A stretch of 64,000 nt of DNA from the human T2T-CHM13v2.0 reference genome, Homo sapiens: NCBI RefSeq assembly GCF_009914755.1, contig NC_060946.1. One strand, written 5' to 3'. Below, in pieces: positions 32,396 to 47,248 of the stretch. Position 1 is the stretch's first letter. Every line of letters starts with the position of its first letter. The position numbers and the translations under genes are program-made. The notes beneath the pieces were generated by a model. The model had not been told where the DNA came from and made no database searches. It saw only the letters and a list, made by a program, of their open reading frames with translations.

Positions 32396-32830
32396 GGCAG
32401 GGTGGTAGCTCACGTGTGTAATCTCAGCACTTTGGGAGGCCAAGGCGGGCAGATCACTTGAGGCCAGGAGTTCAAGACCAGCCTGGCCAACATGGTGAAA
32501 CCCTGTCTCTACTAAAAATACAAAAATTAGCCGGGTATGGTGGCGGGCGCCTATAGGCCTAGAACTTTGGAAGGCCGAGGCAGGTGGATCATTTGAAGCC
32601 GGGAGTTCGAGACCATCCTAGGCAACATGGTAAAACCCCATCTCTACTAAAAATACAAAAAAATTAGCTGGGCATGGTGGCACACATCTGTAATCTCATC
32701 CACTCAGGAGGCTGAGGCATGAGAATTGTTTGAACATCACTTAAACTGAGGAGGTAGAGGTTGCAGTGAGCGGAAATCGTGCCACTGCACTCCAACCTGG
32801 GTGTGAGAGTCTGTCTCAAAAAATAGTAAT
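32396..32830 (+). mobile_element. Trimeric Alu (left arm, hybrid/left arm, right arm)
   Basis: Two middle linkers tactaaaaatacaaaaa; single flanking TSD taataattttataa. Confidence 0.9.
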
Positions 32831-32934
32831 AATAATAATTTTATAATTAATAATGCTAAGACCATGCATTTGTACCACAATTTAAATTTTTATACAGGCC
32901 TTTCAGATCAATCATCTTGAATTCTGAACTCTAA

Positions 32935-33210
<276 letters not shown>

Positions 33211-33313
33211 TAATTAATACATTCAAAGTCAAATAGCTTTTTAACCTCTAAAGTGTTGGTGATTTTCCTGAAAATTAAAAGAAAATGCACTTATAAAAAC
33301 ATGCTGTTATTAT

Positions 33314-33664
<351 letters not shown>

Positions 33665-33794
33665 TTAAAAATATATATAAAGCTGTAAACTTCAGTAATT
33701 AAACATACTTTCCGTCATCAGGAACTATAATTTACCTTTAAATGTCATTTAAGCTTGGCTTTGATAGGAACAAAGCTTAAAATTTTAAAACACC

Positions 33795-34090
33795 ACAACA
33801 CTTCGGATGTGGAATACTGGAAGTAGGGTTACTCCCACCCTTACAACAAGAAAAATGTAAATAATCTGAACAAATACAATTTTCTAGAAACCATCAGAGG
33901 GCTGAGGTTGCAGGAGAATCAACTATCCTCAAATTTAAAGAAAGGCAGGTGTCTCCACAGAGAAATGGGAGAGGAGCACTTGATTACTGGAAGCAGACAC
34001 CACTTGCTATGCATCTCACAGAAAAAATGCAGCTAAAATTTATATCAAATCACTAGAGCCAAGTGTGGGCTAACATGAAAGTAGCAACTT
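33795..34090 (+). mobile_element. Old L1M 5' end fragment
   Basis: actcccacccttacaacaagaaaaa...ccatcagagggctgaggttgcagg. Confidence 0.6.
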
Positions 34091-34681
34091 CTTTCTTTAA
34101 AAAGATTTCAGGTTCAATGGCATACAATACCAATTCATAGCCAACTTCTGGCTTTGGAAGGGATTTTCCTTTGCTCTGCAAATGAGTCTGTCTAGCCTCC
34201 ATGTCCACAGACAGTCAATATTCAGTCAAACCAAACCATCAGAATCTCGAGTACTACTTTGCTGGTTATCCACAGGACACCTGACCCTGACAGCCAATTT
34301 TGTTATAACATTTCAATCTAAGCCTCAACAGGAAACACCCCTTCTGCTACATTATCTCATCTAACACTGTTCTTGCCGTTAATTTTTAACACATAGAACT
34401 CCAGGCCAGCAAGATCAGATCCTAGAGGAAAAATTACCACCTTTCACTGAGTATCATACTTAATTTCTGTATATTGTATGCTTAAGCCTTCTTAGCCCTC
34501 ATTTCTCTTTCTGATCTCACACAAGGAAAAGAAAGTAGCATTGAAGTACTCTGAAATGAGACCCTCCAATTCTTACCTCAAGCATTCCTAAATTCTAAAG
34601 ATAGAACTACCAGTCCCCTATCTTCCAACCTCTAGTTTATCCAAATAATCCTGTTGTACAATCTTAGTGACTATTCTCCCA

Positions 34682-35113
34682 TGTTAAATAAAATTTAGAG
34701 GAGCCCCTTGATTTGAGCTGAGCTCCTGTACTAGACCCTAATAGGCCAAACAGAAATGGAGTCACTCATGTTTAAGTTCCACATCGCCAAACTGAACTAC
34801 AACTAAGCTGTTTATCTGACTGTTCAAGAAATCAGGAGAGAAAGAATGGCCAAATTCCCAAACAAGCCAGCATTAGCCACCATGATAAGAAAGTCCCCTC
34901 TGCTTTAAGCCTTACAAGGAAATTAACTTTAAAAGGACCCATCTGCTTTTTGTTCCTTATTTCTGCTTTCTTCAGCCTTTTCCTGTCTATATTGACTGCC
35001 CACATTGTGGATGGGAGCTCTCTGAACCTGTTCTGGTTTTGAGGGTTGCCTGGTTGTGAGTCATTCTTTGCAAACTCTGTTGAATTTATTTTGTCTAAGT
35101 TTTTATTTTATCA
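34682..35113 (+). mobile_element. MER31/MER67-like ERV1 solo LTR
   Basis: TG...CA termini; tgttaaataaaattt...ctgagctcctgtactag...aaatggagtcactcatg. Confidence 0.75.
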
Positions 35114-35212
35114 CTCAAGATTGTTATATGTAAATCTACGGTTATGGAGTCTAATGAGGTTTTTGGTAACCCTGCAGTTACCTCTAGTTGAATTATAAAA
35201 ATAACAGAAAAC

Positions 35213-35502
35213 GGTCGGGCATGGTGGCTCACGCCTGTAATCCTAGCACTTTGGGAGGCCAAGGCGGGTAGATCACGAGGTCAGGAGTTCAAGACCAGCC
35301 TGGCCAAGATGGTGAAACCCCGTCTCTACTAAAAATACAAAAATTAACTGGGCATGGTGGTGGGTGCCTGTAATCCCAGCTACTCGGGAGGCTGAGGCAG
35401 AGAACTGCTCGAACCCGGGAGGCAGAGGTTACAGTGAGCCCAGATCATGCCACTGCACTCCAGCCTGGGCAACAGAACAAGACTCCATCAAAAAAAAAAA
35501 AA
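35213..35502 (+). mobile_element. AluSg-like
   Basis: gatcacgaggtcaggagttc; TSD acagaaaac. Confidence 0.93.
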
Positions 35503-35542
35503 ACACAGAAAACCTGAAACTATAACTTCCTATTTGATTTGA

Positions 35543-35869
<327 letters not shown>

Positions 35870-35911
35870 TCCAATTTCTAAATCTTACAGGAGGCTTCAG
35901 TAATACTCTCT

Positions 35912-36048
35912 GGCTAGGTACAGTAGCTCATGACTGTAATGCCATCACTTTGGGAAGCCAAGGCCGGAGGACTGCTTGAGGCCAGGAGCTCGAGACCAGC
36001 CTGGGCAACATAGCAAGACACCCATCTCTACAAAACAAAACAAACAAA
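35912..36048 (+). mobile_element. FLAM/Alu left monomer
   Basis: Single arm; TSD gtaata(c/t)tctc. Confidence 0.85.
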
Positions 36049-36172
36049 TGTAATATTCTCCAGGAAAAATTTAGAACAAATCTGTAAGAAGTCCTAATCT
36101 TTACAGCAGTGATCCAAGATATTCACTTATATCACAAATTAGTATGATCGATGAACTTTTATAAAACAATTA

Positions 36173-36450
<278 letters not shown>

Positions 36451-36508
<58 letters not shown>
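36451..36508. repeat. (CA)n(TA)n microsatellite
   Basis: Pure dinucleotide runs. Confidence 0.95.
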
Positions 36509-36510
<2 letters not shown>

Positions 36511-36537
36511 AATTGTGACATTTTGTTGGGGGGAATT

Positions 36538-36750
36538 ATTTTTTATTTGGAGACAGGATCTCACTCTGTCACCTAGGCTAGAGTACAGTGGAGTGACCAT
36601 GGCTCACTGCACCCTTAACTTTCCAGGCTCAAGTGATCCTCCTACCTCAGCCTCCCAAGTAGCTAAACTGCAGGTACACACCACCTCACCTGGCTATTTT
36701 TTTTATATATATATTTGTAGAGACAGGGTATTGCTATGTTCCCCAGGCTG
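36538..36750 (-). mobile_element. AluJ partial (antisense)
   Basis: ggctcaagtgatcctcctacctcagcc; left arm truncated. Confidence 0.88.
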
Positions 36751-36799
36751 AAAAGTGTCCTTAATTATAAGAAGTATACAATTTTAAATAAAATTTACA

Positions 36800-36985
36800 T
36801 AGCGCTCTGCTGTCTACAAACTGTTTTTATAAAGAATCTTGTTTGATTCTCATACCAAGCCTGTGAGAGATGTGTTACTAACCTCATTTTGTAAATATGG
36901 TAACTGAAGCTAACAGAAGTTAAATGACTTTCCTAAGTGACTCAGCTGGTAAATAGAGATTCTGAGACTCAATTCCAGGTCCACG
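36800..36985 (-). mobile_element. MIR
   Basis: ctcattttgtaaatatggtaactgaagct...gaagttaaatgactttccta. Confidence 0.75.
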
Positions 36986-36989
36986 TGCT

Positions 36990-37135
36990 TTTTAAAAATT
37001 TTTTGAAATAATTATAGATTCACAAGAAGTTATAAAAATAGTACAAAGGACCCATGTACCCTTCACCCAGTTCCCTCCAATGGTTTCACCTTATATAGAT
37101 GTAGTAAAACCTCAAAACCATGAATTCACATTGGT
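36990..37135 (-). mobile_element. L1MC-like 3' end
   Basis: tttgaaataattatagattcacaagaagtt...cccatgtacccttcacccag. Confidence 0.7.
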
Positions 37136-37627
37136 TTCTATACCTTTTTTTATAGTGTCTGGGAGTGAAAATGGACTACAAACAATATGACTCAAAGATT
37201 TTTTTTAATTCAGGTGAAGACAATTTACATATATGAGCTAGGAAGTAATTTCTAGGGATACACTATTTTGCTCTAAGAATTGTGGGAGTATTACATTCCA
37301 CTTTGATATTTATATTTAATAATGTAAACAACATAGCTGAAAAGTATTTGAAAATATGAATAAAAGATGGTAGAGGGCGGAGCTGGGGGGAGGGTGGGCC
37401 TGAATGAAAGAGACTGTCATGCGGCCGTCCAAGGGGCCACCAAGTGGAAGGGTAGGGTGGGTAGACTACCTAGGTGGAGCAGAGGCAAGAGCAAGTTGGG
37501 CATGGAAGGGCAAGGCCTGCACAAAGTTGGGTGTGGTAGGACATGAACTAGGTTATGAAGAGAAGCTATGAGTGGGGGACCTGGAGAGACAGGGTCTAGG
37601 GGGCCTGCTGTCTAATGAGTGGGATTT

Positions 37628-37892
37628 GCTAGGTGTGGTGGTGAGCACCTGTGGTCCCATCTACTTGGGAGGCTGAGGAGGGAGGATAGCTTGAACCCAA
37701 AAGTGTGAGGCTACAGTGAGCTATGATCACACCACAGCATCTCAAGCCTGGGTGACAGAATGAGACTTTGTTTCTAAAAAATTTAAAATTAGGCCAGGCA
37801 CAGTGGCTAATACCTATAATCCTAGCACTTTGGGAGGCCTAGATGGGAGGATCACTTGAGGCCAGTAGTTCGAGACCAGCCTGATCAACACA
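37628..37892 (+). mobile_element. Alu right monomer (FRAM-like) followed by a truncated left monomer
   Basis: Right arm 37628-37785; left arm 37792-37892. Confidence 0.85.
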
Positions 37893-38305
37893 AGCTTAAA
37901 TTAAATCTGTAATTTAAAAAAAAAATAAAGGTAAAGTGGGCCTAAGTTGATTTGATAAACTTCTCTTCATTTATATGATTGGTTACGTCACAAGATATCT
38001 CTGCTCTGGCTAGTTCATAAAAACAACTCTTGAAACTCATGAATGACGATCCTTCCATTTCAAACCCAGATTTTTTTCCTCCTCCCTTCTGTATTCATGA
38101 CAGTATTGTTACAATTAACTGCTTCATTCTTGTGGACACTTTCCTTCATTGGCTTTTAGGACACTGACTCTCTTGATTCTCCTTTATTCTATCTTTTTTG
38201 TTTTCTATTACCAATTACCCTTTATCAAAAACCTACCCTTTTCTTAGAGCACAAGTAAGAATCACAGTCACATTTAGGACACAGCAATTTTTCCAGGTCA
38301 AAAAT

Positions 38306-38830
38306 ATTATTGACCATCATCTGGGCAACTTAGCACAACCATCCACTCTTCTAAGGTCTCCTCTATATTTCCCAGAATCCCTTTTGTTGTTTAGATTTGG
38401 GTTAGATTTTGCTAATGAAAGGAACCAAATAAGATTTGGAAAGAGCAGAAGCCATTATTCTCTGAAGGTGGCTGGAGGCAGGGAAGCAAACATTAATTTC
38501 ATAGTAGCTTTTGGGTAAGTCCTTGAGAATCACCTAAATATAGCCCTAAATATATGGCAGAAGCTTTCCCAGAGATGCTTCATAATTGCAGCAGTTTTCC
38601 AGTGAGCTTTTGAGAACACTGAAAGTCTTCAGTGTTCGTGTTCGGTGGTCTTCAGCTTTTGAGAAAACTGAAAGTCTTCAGAGGTTCGTGTTTCAGTTGT
38701 AGCTTCTCTAATTGTCCAAAATGACTTATATGACATTCACTCCCCTAGCTCTTCCAATATTCATGCAAGCCCTAATTCCCAGACTAAAACTTATTCCCAA
38801 AATATTTTAAATGCCTCTTTTTGCTGTCAG
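38306..38830. mobile_element. Probable old ERVL-type LTR
   Basis: ttagatttgggttagattttgctaatgaaagg...gcagaagccatt resembles LTR40/LTR16-class sequence; identification tentative. Confidence 0.35.
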
Positions 38831-38849
38831 TTGCAGACTCTTAGCAACC

Positions 38850-38970
38850 AGATAGACAGACAGGTAGGTAGATAGGTAGATAGGTAGGTAGCTAGGTAGG
38901 TAGGTAGGTAGGTAGGTAGGTAGGTAGGTAGGTAGGTAAGTAGGTGGATCGATCAATCAATCGATAGATG
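38850..38970. repeat. Compound tetranucleotide repeat (GATA/GACA/GGTA)n
   Basis: Long (tagg)n core. Confidence 0.95.
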
Positions 38971-40332
38971 AAGAGTTTAGATTGACTGATTGGTTTATAT
39001 GTTCATCAAATACCCGGGAGGGTACAAAATAATCTAGTAATGGCAATTGCCTTTGGAGAGGAAAACTGAATGGCTAGAAGAATAGAAGGAAAACAGTTTT
39101 TACTGTACACTCTTTTTGTACCTTCTTAAATTTTATTGTATAAGTATGTATCAACTATTCAAAAAGGAAGTAATTATTTAAAAGAACATATTCATATAAT
39201 TTTTGTTTTATTCCTTTAAGGGCCACACAGACCCAGAGGATTTTTCTATCCATGGCCATTTACTAGTTCTACGACATCTTAAATCCCTGTGCAATAGGTA
39301 GTGGTGGAGTAGGGAGGGGAAGAATGACTTTTCAGGAATGAGGTATTTTGCACTCTTAAGGAAAAAATCAGCTATAGAGCTATGGTCAAGGCTTCTTGAG
39401 TTTGGAAGAAATTGTTTTATTAATTCACTGGTATGTTAAACAACTACTCATGAAAGATACAAAGACGAAAACAAAAAGTTCCCAGGACTATAATTAAGGC
39501 ACAGATAAAGTACTAGAAGCTGTGATGAGAGACACTGATGTTGAACTTAGAACTTTGAAGACAAACTGAATTTTAGAGATTTAGCCTCCAGCATTATTTT
39601 TAAACTAAATAATAAGCTAATCTTGTCTCTCATTCCCTGAGACCTATAATTAAATAAATAATCGTTTATTAATATAATTATATTTATTAATATAAGAAGT
39701 AATTAATTATATTATTTATATTATTTATTAATAGCAAGTAATATTATTTTTATGGCCACTAACCCTAATTCTGTCAAGATGCCTAACCCTAACTCTCCAA
39801 AGTAGTACTCTTTAATTAGATAATGTAACATGAAACCTTCTGAGGTCTGGGGAAAAACTGCCATAAATTGAGAATCACTGAAGCAGCAAGCCACTGTTAG
39901 GATTTTAAGTTTACTTTATCCTTTGGTACCCTGGGGCAGAAAAAAAGGTTGAGACTCATTGTCATAATTCATTTTAAAGTAACATTCAATTTATAAAAAT
40001 TTTAACCTCTCTATAACTTTCAGGAAAAACCTGTAGTACAGGACAGTAATAGTATAATATAGTATAAAGCGAGGTGCTCCTATGTGTATAACAATCCCTA
40101 GATATCATTGCACTCCAAGTACTGAAATAGATAGGATCCTCTCTTTGAGGAAGGAAAACTCTTGAATACAAGATAATAGAATTCTATAGGAAAAGGAAAG
40201 TCAAAATATCTCTTGAAATCTTCACCATCCGATAAATAAGAAGGAAAGTCTCTGCATGTTAAATTGCCACTAATCACTAACAGACTTGCAGTGCTGTTTA
40301 ACATGCCTAAGCACACAATCTTCTTGGTATAC

Positions 40333-40351
40333 TACTGCCTCCTGGGGGTTA
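40333..40351 (-). promoter_or_regulatory. Candidate CTCF motif (weak)
   Basis: Minus strand cccccaggaggcag vs CCASYAGRKGGCRS (2 mismatches); upstream tgtacta. Confidence 0.3.
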
Positions 40352-40989
40352 TAGTACATTACTACTCTTCTGAGAAAATAATATCAGAGTGAATAGACAG
40401 TACGGACATTCTTTTCTTCTAACAATACAATGCAAAAAGTCCATGTTGTAGGCCTTTTAATAACAAGTAGGCCTTTCATAAATAATCTTTTTTTAAAAAA
40501 AGCATATTTATTTCTAGCTGACTAATCGGGAACTAAGTACACAATAAAACTTAATTATAGAAAGTGGTTGTTAATATGATTGAGGACATCAGGGCTTATA
40601 CACCATTTTGCATTTTCAAACCACTTAGCCAATATTAAATGATTAATCTTTACAACATTCTTGAGGGCAATATTACCACCATCTTTTTGTAGAAAAGTAA
40701 ATGGCAAGGTTAAGTAAAGTATTAGAAAGTCAAGAATTGGTCAGTAACTAATCAGCAAAGTGCCTCAGGAGAATGGTTTAATGTAAAATATGAAGCACTA
40801 ATACATTAACTCATCTCTAATACCCCTTGACCTACTTCTAGGAGAAATGAATTCTTTCTTATTTGTGACCCCGTAGCATTTTCTATATTCCTTTATTATA
40901 AAACCTAACACTTTTATATTATAGTTATTGGATTGTCAGTCTCCCTGACTAAACAGTGCCTCCACAAGATTTTGCACAGTGTCCAGCAC

Positions 40990-41860
<871 letters not shown>

Positions 41861-41895
41861 CCATAATACTTATTGCTTATTTGAATTGCTGTATT

Positions 41896-41914
41896 TGCCT
41901 AGTAGATGGCACTA
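41896..41914 (+). promoter_or_regulatory. Candidate CTCF motif
   Basis: ctagtagatggcac vs CCASYAGRKGGCRS (1 mismatch); preceded by tgctgtatt. Confidence 0.45.
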
Positions 41915-42589
41915 AAAGGAAAATTAATACTTAGAAATTAAAATTACTATTCTATTGGTTAGGAAGCTTTTCTGTTTAATAAATTACTTTTTAGTGAAAA
42001 GTTATTTTATAATTAAATGTTCAGACTAAAAGATAAAGCAGCAGTGTCTACTAACATTTTAATAGAAGTTAGAATAATGAGATTTTGACAGTCATTATTG
42101 GAAGAAATTGAAGAGCTCCTGCATAAACTACTGTACATTATAGATGACTGTACCAGGATCTTATGCTAATCACTTATTAATTTTGCATAGCCTAAGATAT
42201 CTCCAAATAGCTCATGATGAGTGCCAGACAGACATCTGGAGAGGAGGCTCCCAAGTGAAAGTATGGAAGTGTCATTAAATATAATAAATCTCTTCCTCTT
42301 ACCAAAGAAACCAGAATGAAAAAGTAACATATATTTAGAAGCAAGAACACTTCTCACCATATTAACTGAACAAAATACAGCAACAGCCTAGAAATTAAGG
42401 TCAGGTTCATATTTCACCTGGGAGGATATAGGTACCACAGAAGCCTCAAGGGTAATACCGAGTCATACCATCAAGATTCAGTTAAATTTAATCTCACAAA
42501 TAATCACTCCAGAGAAAATATTATCATTTGCTCATTCTAGGTGGCTTGAACATTTGTTGTATTAGTTTGTGCATTTTTTGTCTTTAATG

Positions 42590-42810
42590 TGTTTTTTAGT
42601 TGTCATAAAAAAACACATAACACCAAAATTTACTATCTTAGTCATTTTTAAAGATTCAGTTTAGTGGTGTTAAGTATATTAACATTGTTTTGCAACAGAT
42701 TTCCAGAACATTTTCATCCTGAAAAACTGAAACTCTACACTCACTGAACAACTATCCATTTCCCCACTTTTCCCAGTCTCTGGCAACCACCATTCTACTT
42801 TCTATATAAC
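42590..42810 (-). mobile_element. L1MB 3' end (antisense)
   Basis: aaaatttactatctta...cagtttagtggtgttaagtatatt...ctggcaaccaccattctacttt. Confidence 0.85.
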
Positions 42811-43188
42811 TCTCTGTTTTTTAAATCATAATATTACATTGTAACAACACCCAGGCCCCTTCAAAAGAAACTATGCACGTAAGCATCTGAATTGCTGGTT
42901 TAGTTTGTTTTTGTTTAAACACAATTTCCTAAACCAAAATGTGTATATTGGAAAGGGCTAAGAATTGCCTCTAATATAGACAGGAATACAGAAGTGACTT
43001 AGAAATACACTGTAATATGCACTGCACTATTTCCAGTCCACCATGAATATCACCAATTATTATAGAGAAGCACGGTTAGTGGCAACTAGCAGTATGGCAA
43101 CTAGCCAATATATGATCTATTTATACGGAAAAAGTACATAAGGAGAATGAATACTATTTTTAAAAACTTAAATTTGAGAATAGCCTAA

Positions 43189-43449
<261 letters not shown>

Positions 43450-43651
43450 CCATTTTTACCCTTTATATTTTACAAGGAACTTCCACATACACAAATTCAT
43501 TTAGGCAAGTCACAAGCCCTCCAGATCTCAGTTTTCTTGAATCGTTTTCCGTAAAACAGGGATAAAAATATTCACCATGCTGACCTCACAGGGTTTAAAC
43601 CATGGAAAAACTGCAATAACAAATATAAATGCAACTTAAAAGTAACAAGCA

Positions 43652-43996
<345 letters not shown>

Positions 43997-44766
43997 TCAC
44001 CTGAAGATAAATTTTTAAAATGCATTACTTCTAACCAACAAATAGTTACACATTTAGTAAACGGTGATGACATATATGGCAACAATTTATGTCAAATGAT
44101 TTATAGATTATCCTGGATATAAAGAGTTAGTAAAATTTCCTCTATCCATTTGGGGTATAGGAAACAAACTCTCTTAAATCTGCTAATGTTGAGGTCAAAG
44201 TTAAAAGAAGATGAAAATATAAATCTACACACTACATATAACAAGAATGACAAGGGAGTACACTTTATTCCCATCGCATTAAGGATTCAAGACTATAAGT
44301 ATAGTTATTCATGATACAGAGCAGCAAATCTTTAGAGAATTAGTGATGTGGTAGATTACAAAACTGTGAGTGAAATGCTTGTTCAAAGAAAATTACAAGA
44401 GCACAAGCACAGGCAAGATTCTTACAAGACAAACACACATCAAAATCAAGAATAAAACTACTTCTCTGTGCGCTATATAGTATAAAACTCTGGGATTTAC
44501 ATGAAGAATACTACATCTCACTCCTTAGAAGTAGATTGTATTAAATTTGAGAATATAATCAAGAAGGCCATATAAAATCCTTTTGACTAGTAAGGATTAA
44601 AGAAAAAGAATAGCCATAAATGGCAAGTTCTTTATCCCTACTTCTAAATTGTATAATTTAGCCTATATTTTGCCTATACAAATCAAATGTAGGAAGGACG
44701 GTTTTATTATTATCAGTGAGCAGGTAAGGCATTATCAAATTCTGAACCTTTGGTAACTAGTTTTTA

Positions 44767-45070
<304 letters not shown>

Positions 45071-45534
45071 AAGTAACTTAGTCCATGAGGGGTCCAAATA
45101 AGGGTAGCCCTAGTACCATGTCAATTAGAAGAAGGCTCTAGATTGAGACTTTAAAGCAGTTATGAGTATGATGAGGTATAAAGGTCCTATTTTCAATAAA
45201 ATACTGACCAAAAGGTTAAAAGTCATTTGTTCCCCAGGTTCTCTGAAACCAGAGTAACAAACTCCGGTTGTTATTGGGTAACAAATTTGTCCCTCGGAAT
45301 ACAGCAATTTGGCAACCATCCAACTAATTTCATTTCTTTCAGTCCACAAAAAAATATGGGTCATCAGCTGTAATTCTTCCATTCTTCCTTTCAACAAATA
45401 TTTATTGAAGGTTTACAATGTGCTAGGCACTTAACAGTTTGATCAGCCAACATAGCTTACAACTGCCATAGAACCTTCAAATAAAATAACTGCATAATTA
45501 AATCTTGTTGCTTAGTCTTTAAAAAATAATTTAT

Positions 45535-45835
45535 GGGAGAGGCACGGTGGCTCACATCGTAATCCCAGCCATTTTGGGAGTCTGAGGCAAGAGGGATGCT
45601 TGAATCCAGGAGTTCAAGACCAGACTAGGCAACAGAGCGAGACCCTATATCTACAAAAAGATTGAAAACAAAAAAAAAACAGCTGGGCATGGTGGCACAC
45701 GCCTGTAGTCCCCGCTACCTAAGAGGCTAAGGTCGGGGGGTTGCTTGAGCCCAGGAGGTTGAGGCTGCAGTTAGCTGTAATCACGCCACTGCACTCTAGC
45801 CCGGGCAACAAAGCAAGACCTTGCTTCAAAAAATA
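45535..45835 (+). mobile_element. AluJ
   Basis: ttgcttgagcccaggaggttgaggctgcag. Confidence 0.9.
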
Positions 45836-46150
45836 AAACTAAAAATATGTTCGAGGACATATATCTCAATGAATGCATGCATTAAATACAACAAAAATTG
45901 ATATAGAGCATGCAAAAGTAAGTGTAAAAACAGAACCAGCTGAACACTTAACATTCTTTCCAATTGTGCAGTTCTACAAAGATGCTGTAAGACTCTTAAA
46001 ATAATGAGATTGGATAATATGTATTGAATATTTATCATTATACTGAAAAATTTATAATATCTTCAGAGAATACACATATAACAACCAACCCATCAACCTA
46101 CACAAGACTACCAAAAGCCACATAATGTAGAATAATCTTAACTATAAATT

Positions 46151-46169
46151 AAACACAAGAGGGCGCACA
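46151..46169 (+). promoter_or_regulatory. Candidate CTCF motif
   Basis: acacaagagggcgc vs CCASYAGRKGGCRS (2 mismatches, AGAGGGCGC core intact); a GC-rich word with retained CpG in very AT-rich unique DNA. Confidence 0.45.
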
Positions 46170-46767
46170 AGTCTGCAAAATTCTTCATAAAACCAAAGGC
46201 AAATTGCATTTTACTCAACAATTTGCAGCTCTTAAAGCATGGTCACAAGGATTTATAAAAGATTCTTCCTGCATGTACTTAAGGCCAATTGTACTAAAAA
46301 TATGTCCTTTTCTCAATATGCTTTCTAGAAATCAGATCACTGCTTCTGTAATATCTAAAATTCCGTGTCTAAATTGACTTTAAACCTAAATTAGTATTTT
46401 ATCATCAAGAAAAATTATGATTCTTACTCAGTTTATACCATTTTTACATTAACTTCTCCTTGGAAGACCTATTAGGAAATTAACCAACTCTTAAAATATT
46501 TATTTTCAAATATCACTAGAGCTTACCCATTGAATTATAATAAACGTGTTTATTATAAAACTAATGATCACAATAAACTTGTAGGAAATAGATCTATAAT
46601 TTTTAGAAATTTATGCAAATCTATATCAGCTGTTTAATTCTTGAACAGTGAATATTCTATTAATAATATTCCATTCCAAGAGTTGCCAACTGATTACAAA
46701 TGGTAGCCCATGATTTCATTAGTTCACTCCTTCATGAAATAACAAGACCACCTGAGAAGATTACATA

Positions 46768-47102
46768 CAGTAGCCCTCCATATCCATGGGTTCTGCATCT
46801 GTGGATTCAACCAGCTGTGGACTAAAAACCTTTTTGAAAAAAAATTGCAGTTGTACTGAACATATAGACTTCTTTTTTTGTCATTATTCCCTAAGTGATA
46901 CAGTATAACAACTATTTACATGGCATTTACATTGTATTAAATATTATAAGTAGTCTAGAGATGATTTAAAGTTTGTGGGAAGACAGAAGTAGCTTATATG
47001 CAAATACTACCTTATTTTATATAAGGAACTTAAGCATCCACAGGTTTTGGTAACCATAGGAGGTCCTGGAACCAATCTCCCAAGATACTGAGAGATGACT
47101 AT
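46768..47102. mobile_element. MER2 (TcMar-Tigger) element
   Basis: ta|cagtagccctccatatccatgggttctgcatctgtggattcaacca...gatactgagagatgact; about 335 bp. Confidence 0.85.
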
Positions 47103-47199
47103 ACTAAGATTATAGAGCCTCTAGGCAGAAGCATAATCCAAATAATTTAGAAGCACATTCTGCCTAGCTAACCCAAGATTCACAGCAGAGTAAACCCTA

Positions 47200-47244
<45 letters not shown>
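47200..47244. repeat. (CA)n microsatellite, about 22 units
   Basis: Pure CA run. Confidence 0.97.

Positions 47245-47248
<4 letters not shown>

Noticed and set aside
34160-34169. NF-kB consensus gggattttcc
   Set aside because: Single 10-mer with no supporting context; plausible by chance in 64 kb
42090-42170. Plus-strand peptide SLLEEIEELLHKLLYIIDD after ttttgacag
   Set aside because: Stops after 25 codons, no donor, opposite to the inferred host strand
45125-45397. 90-aa minus ORF in unique DNA
   Set aside because: Non-ATG start, no splice context or recognisable domain; length expected by chance
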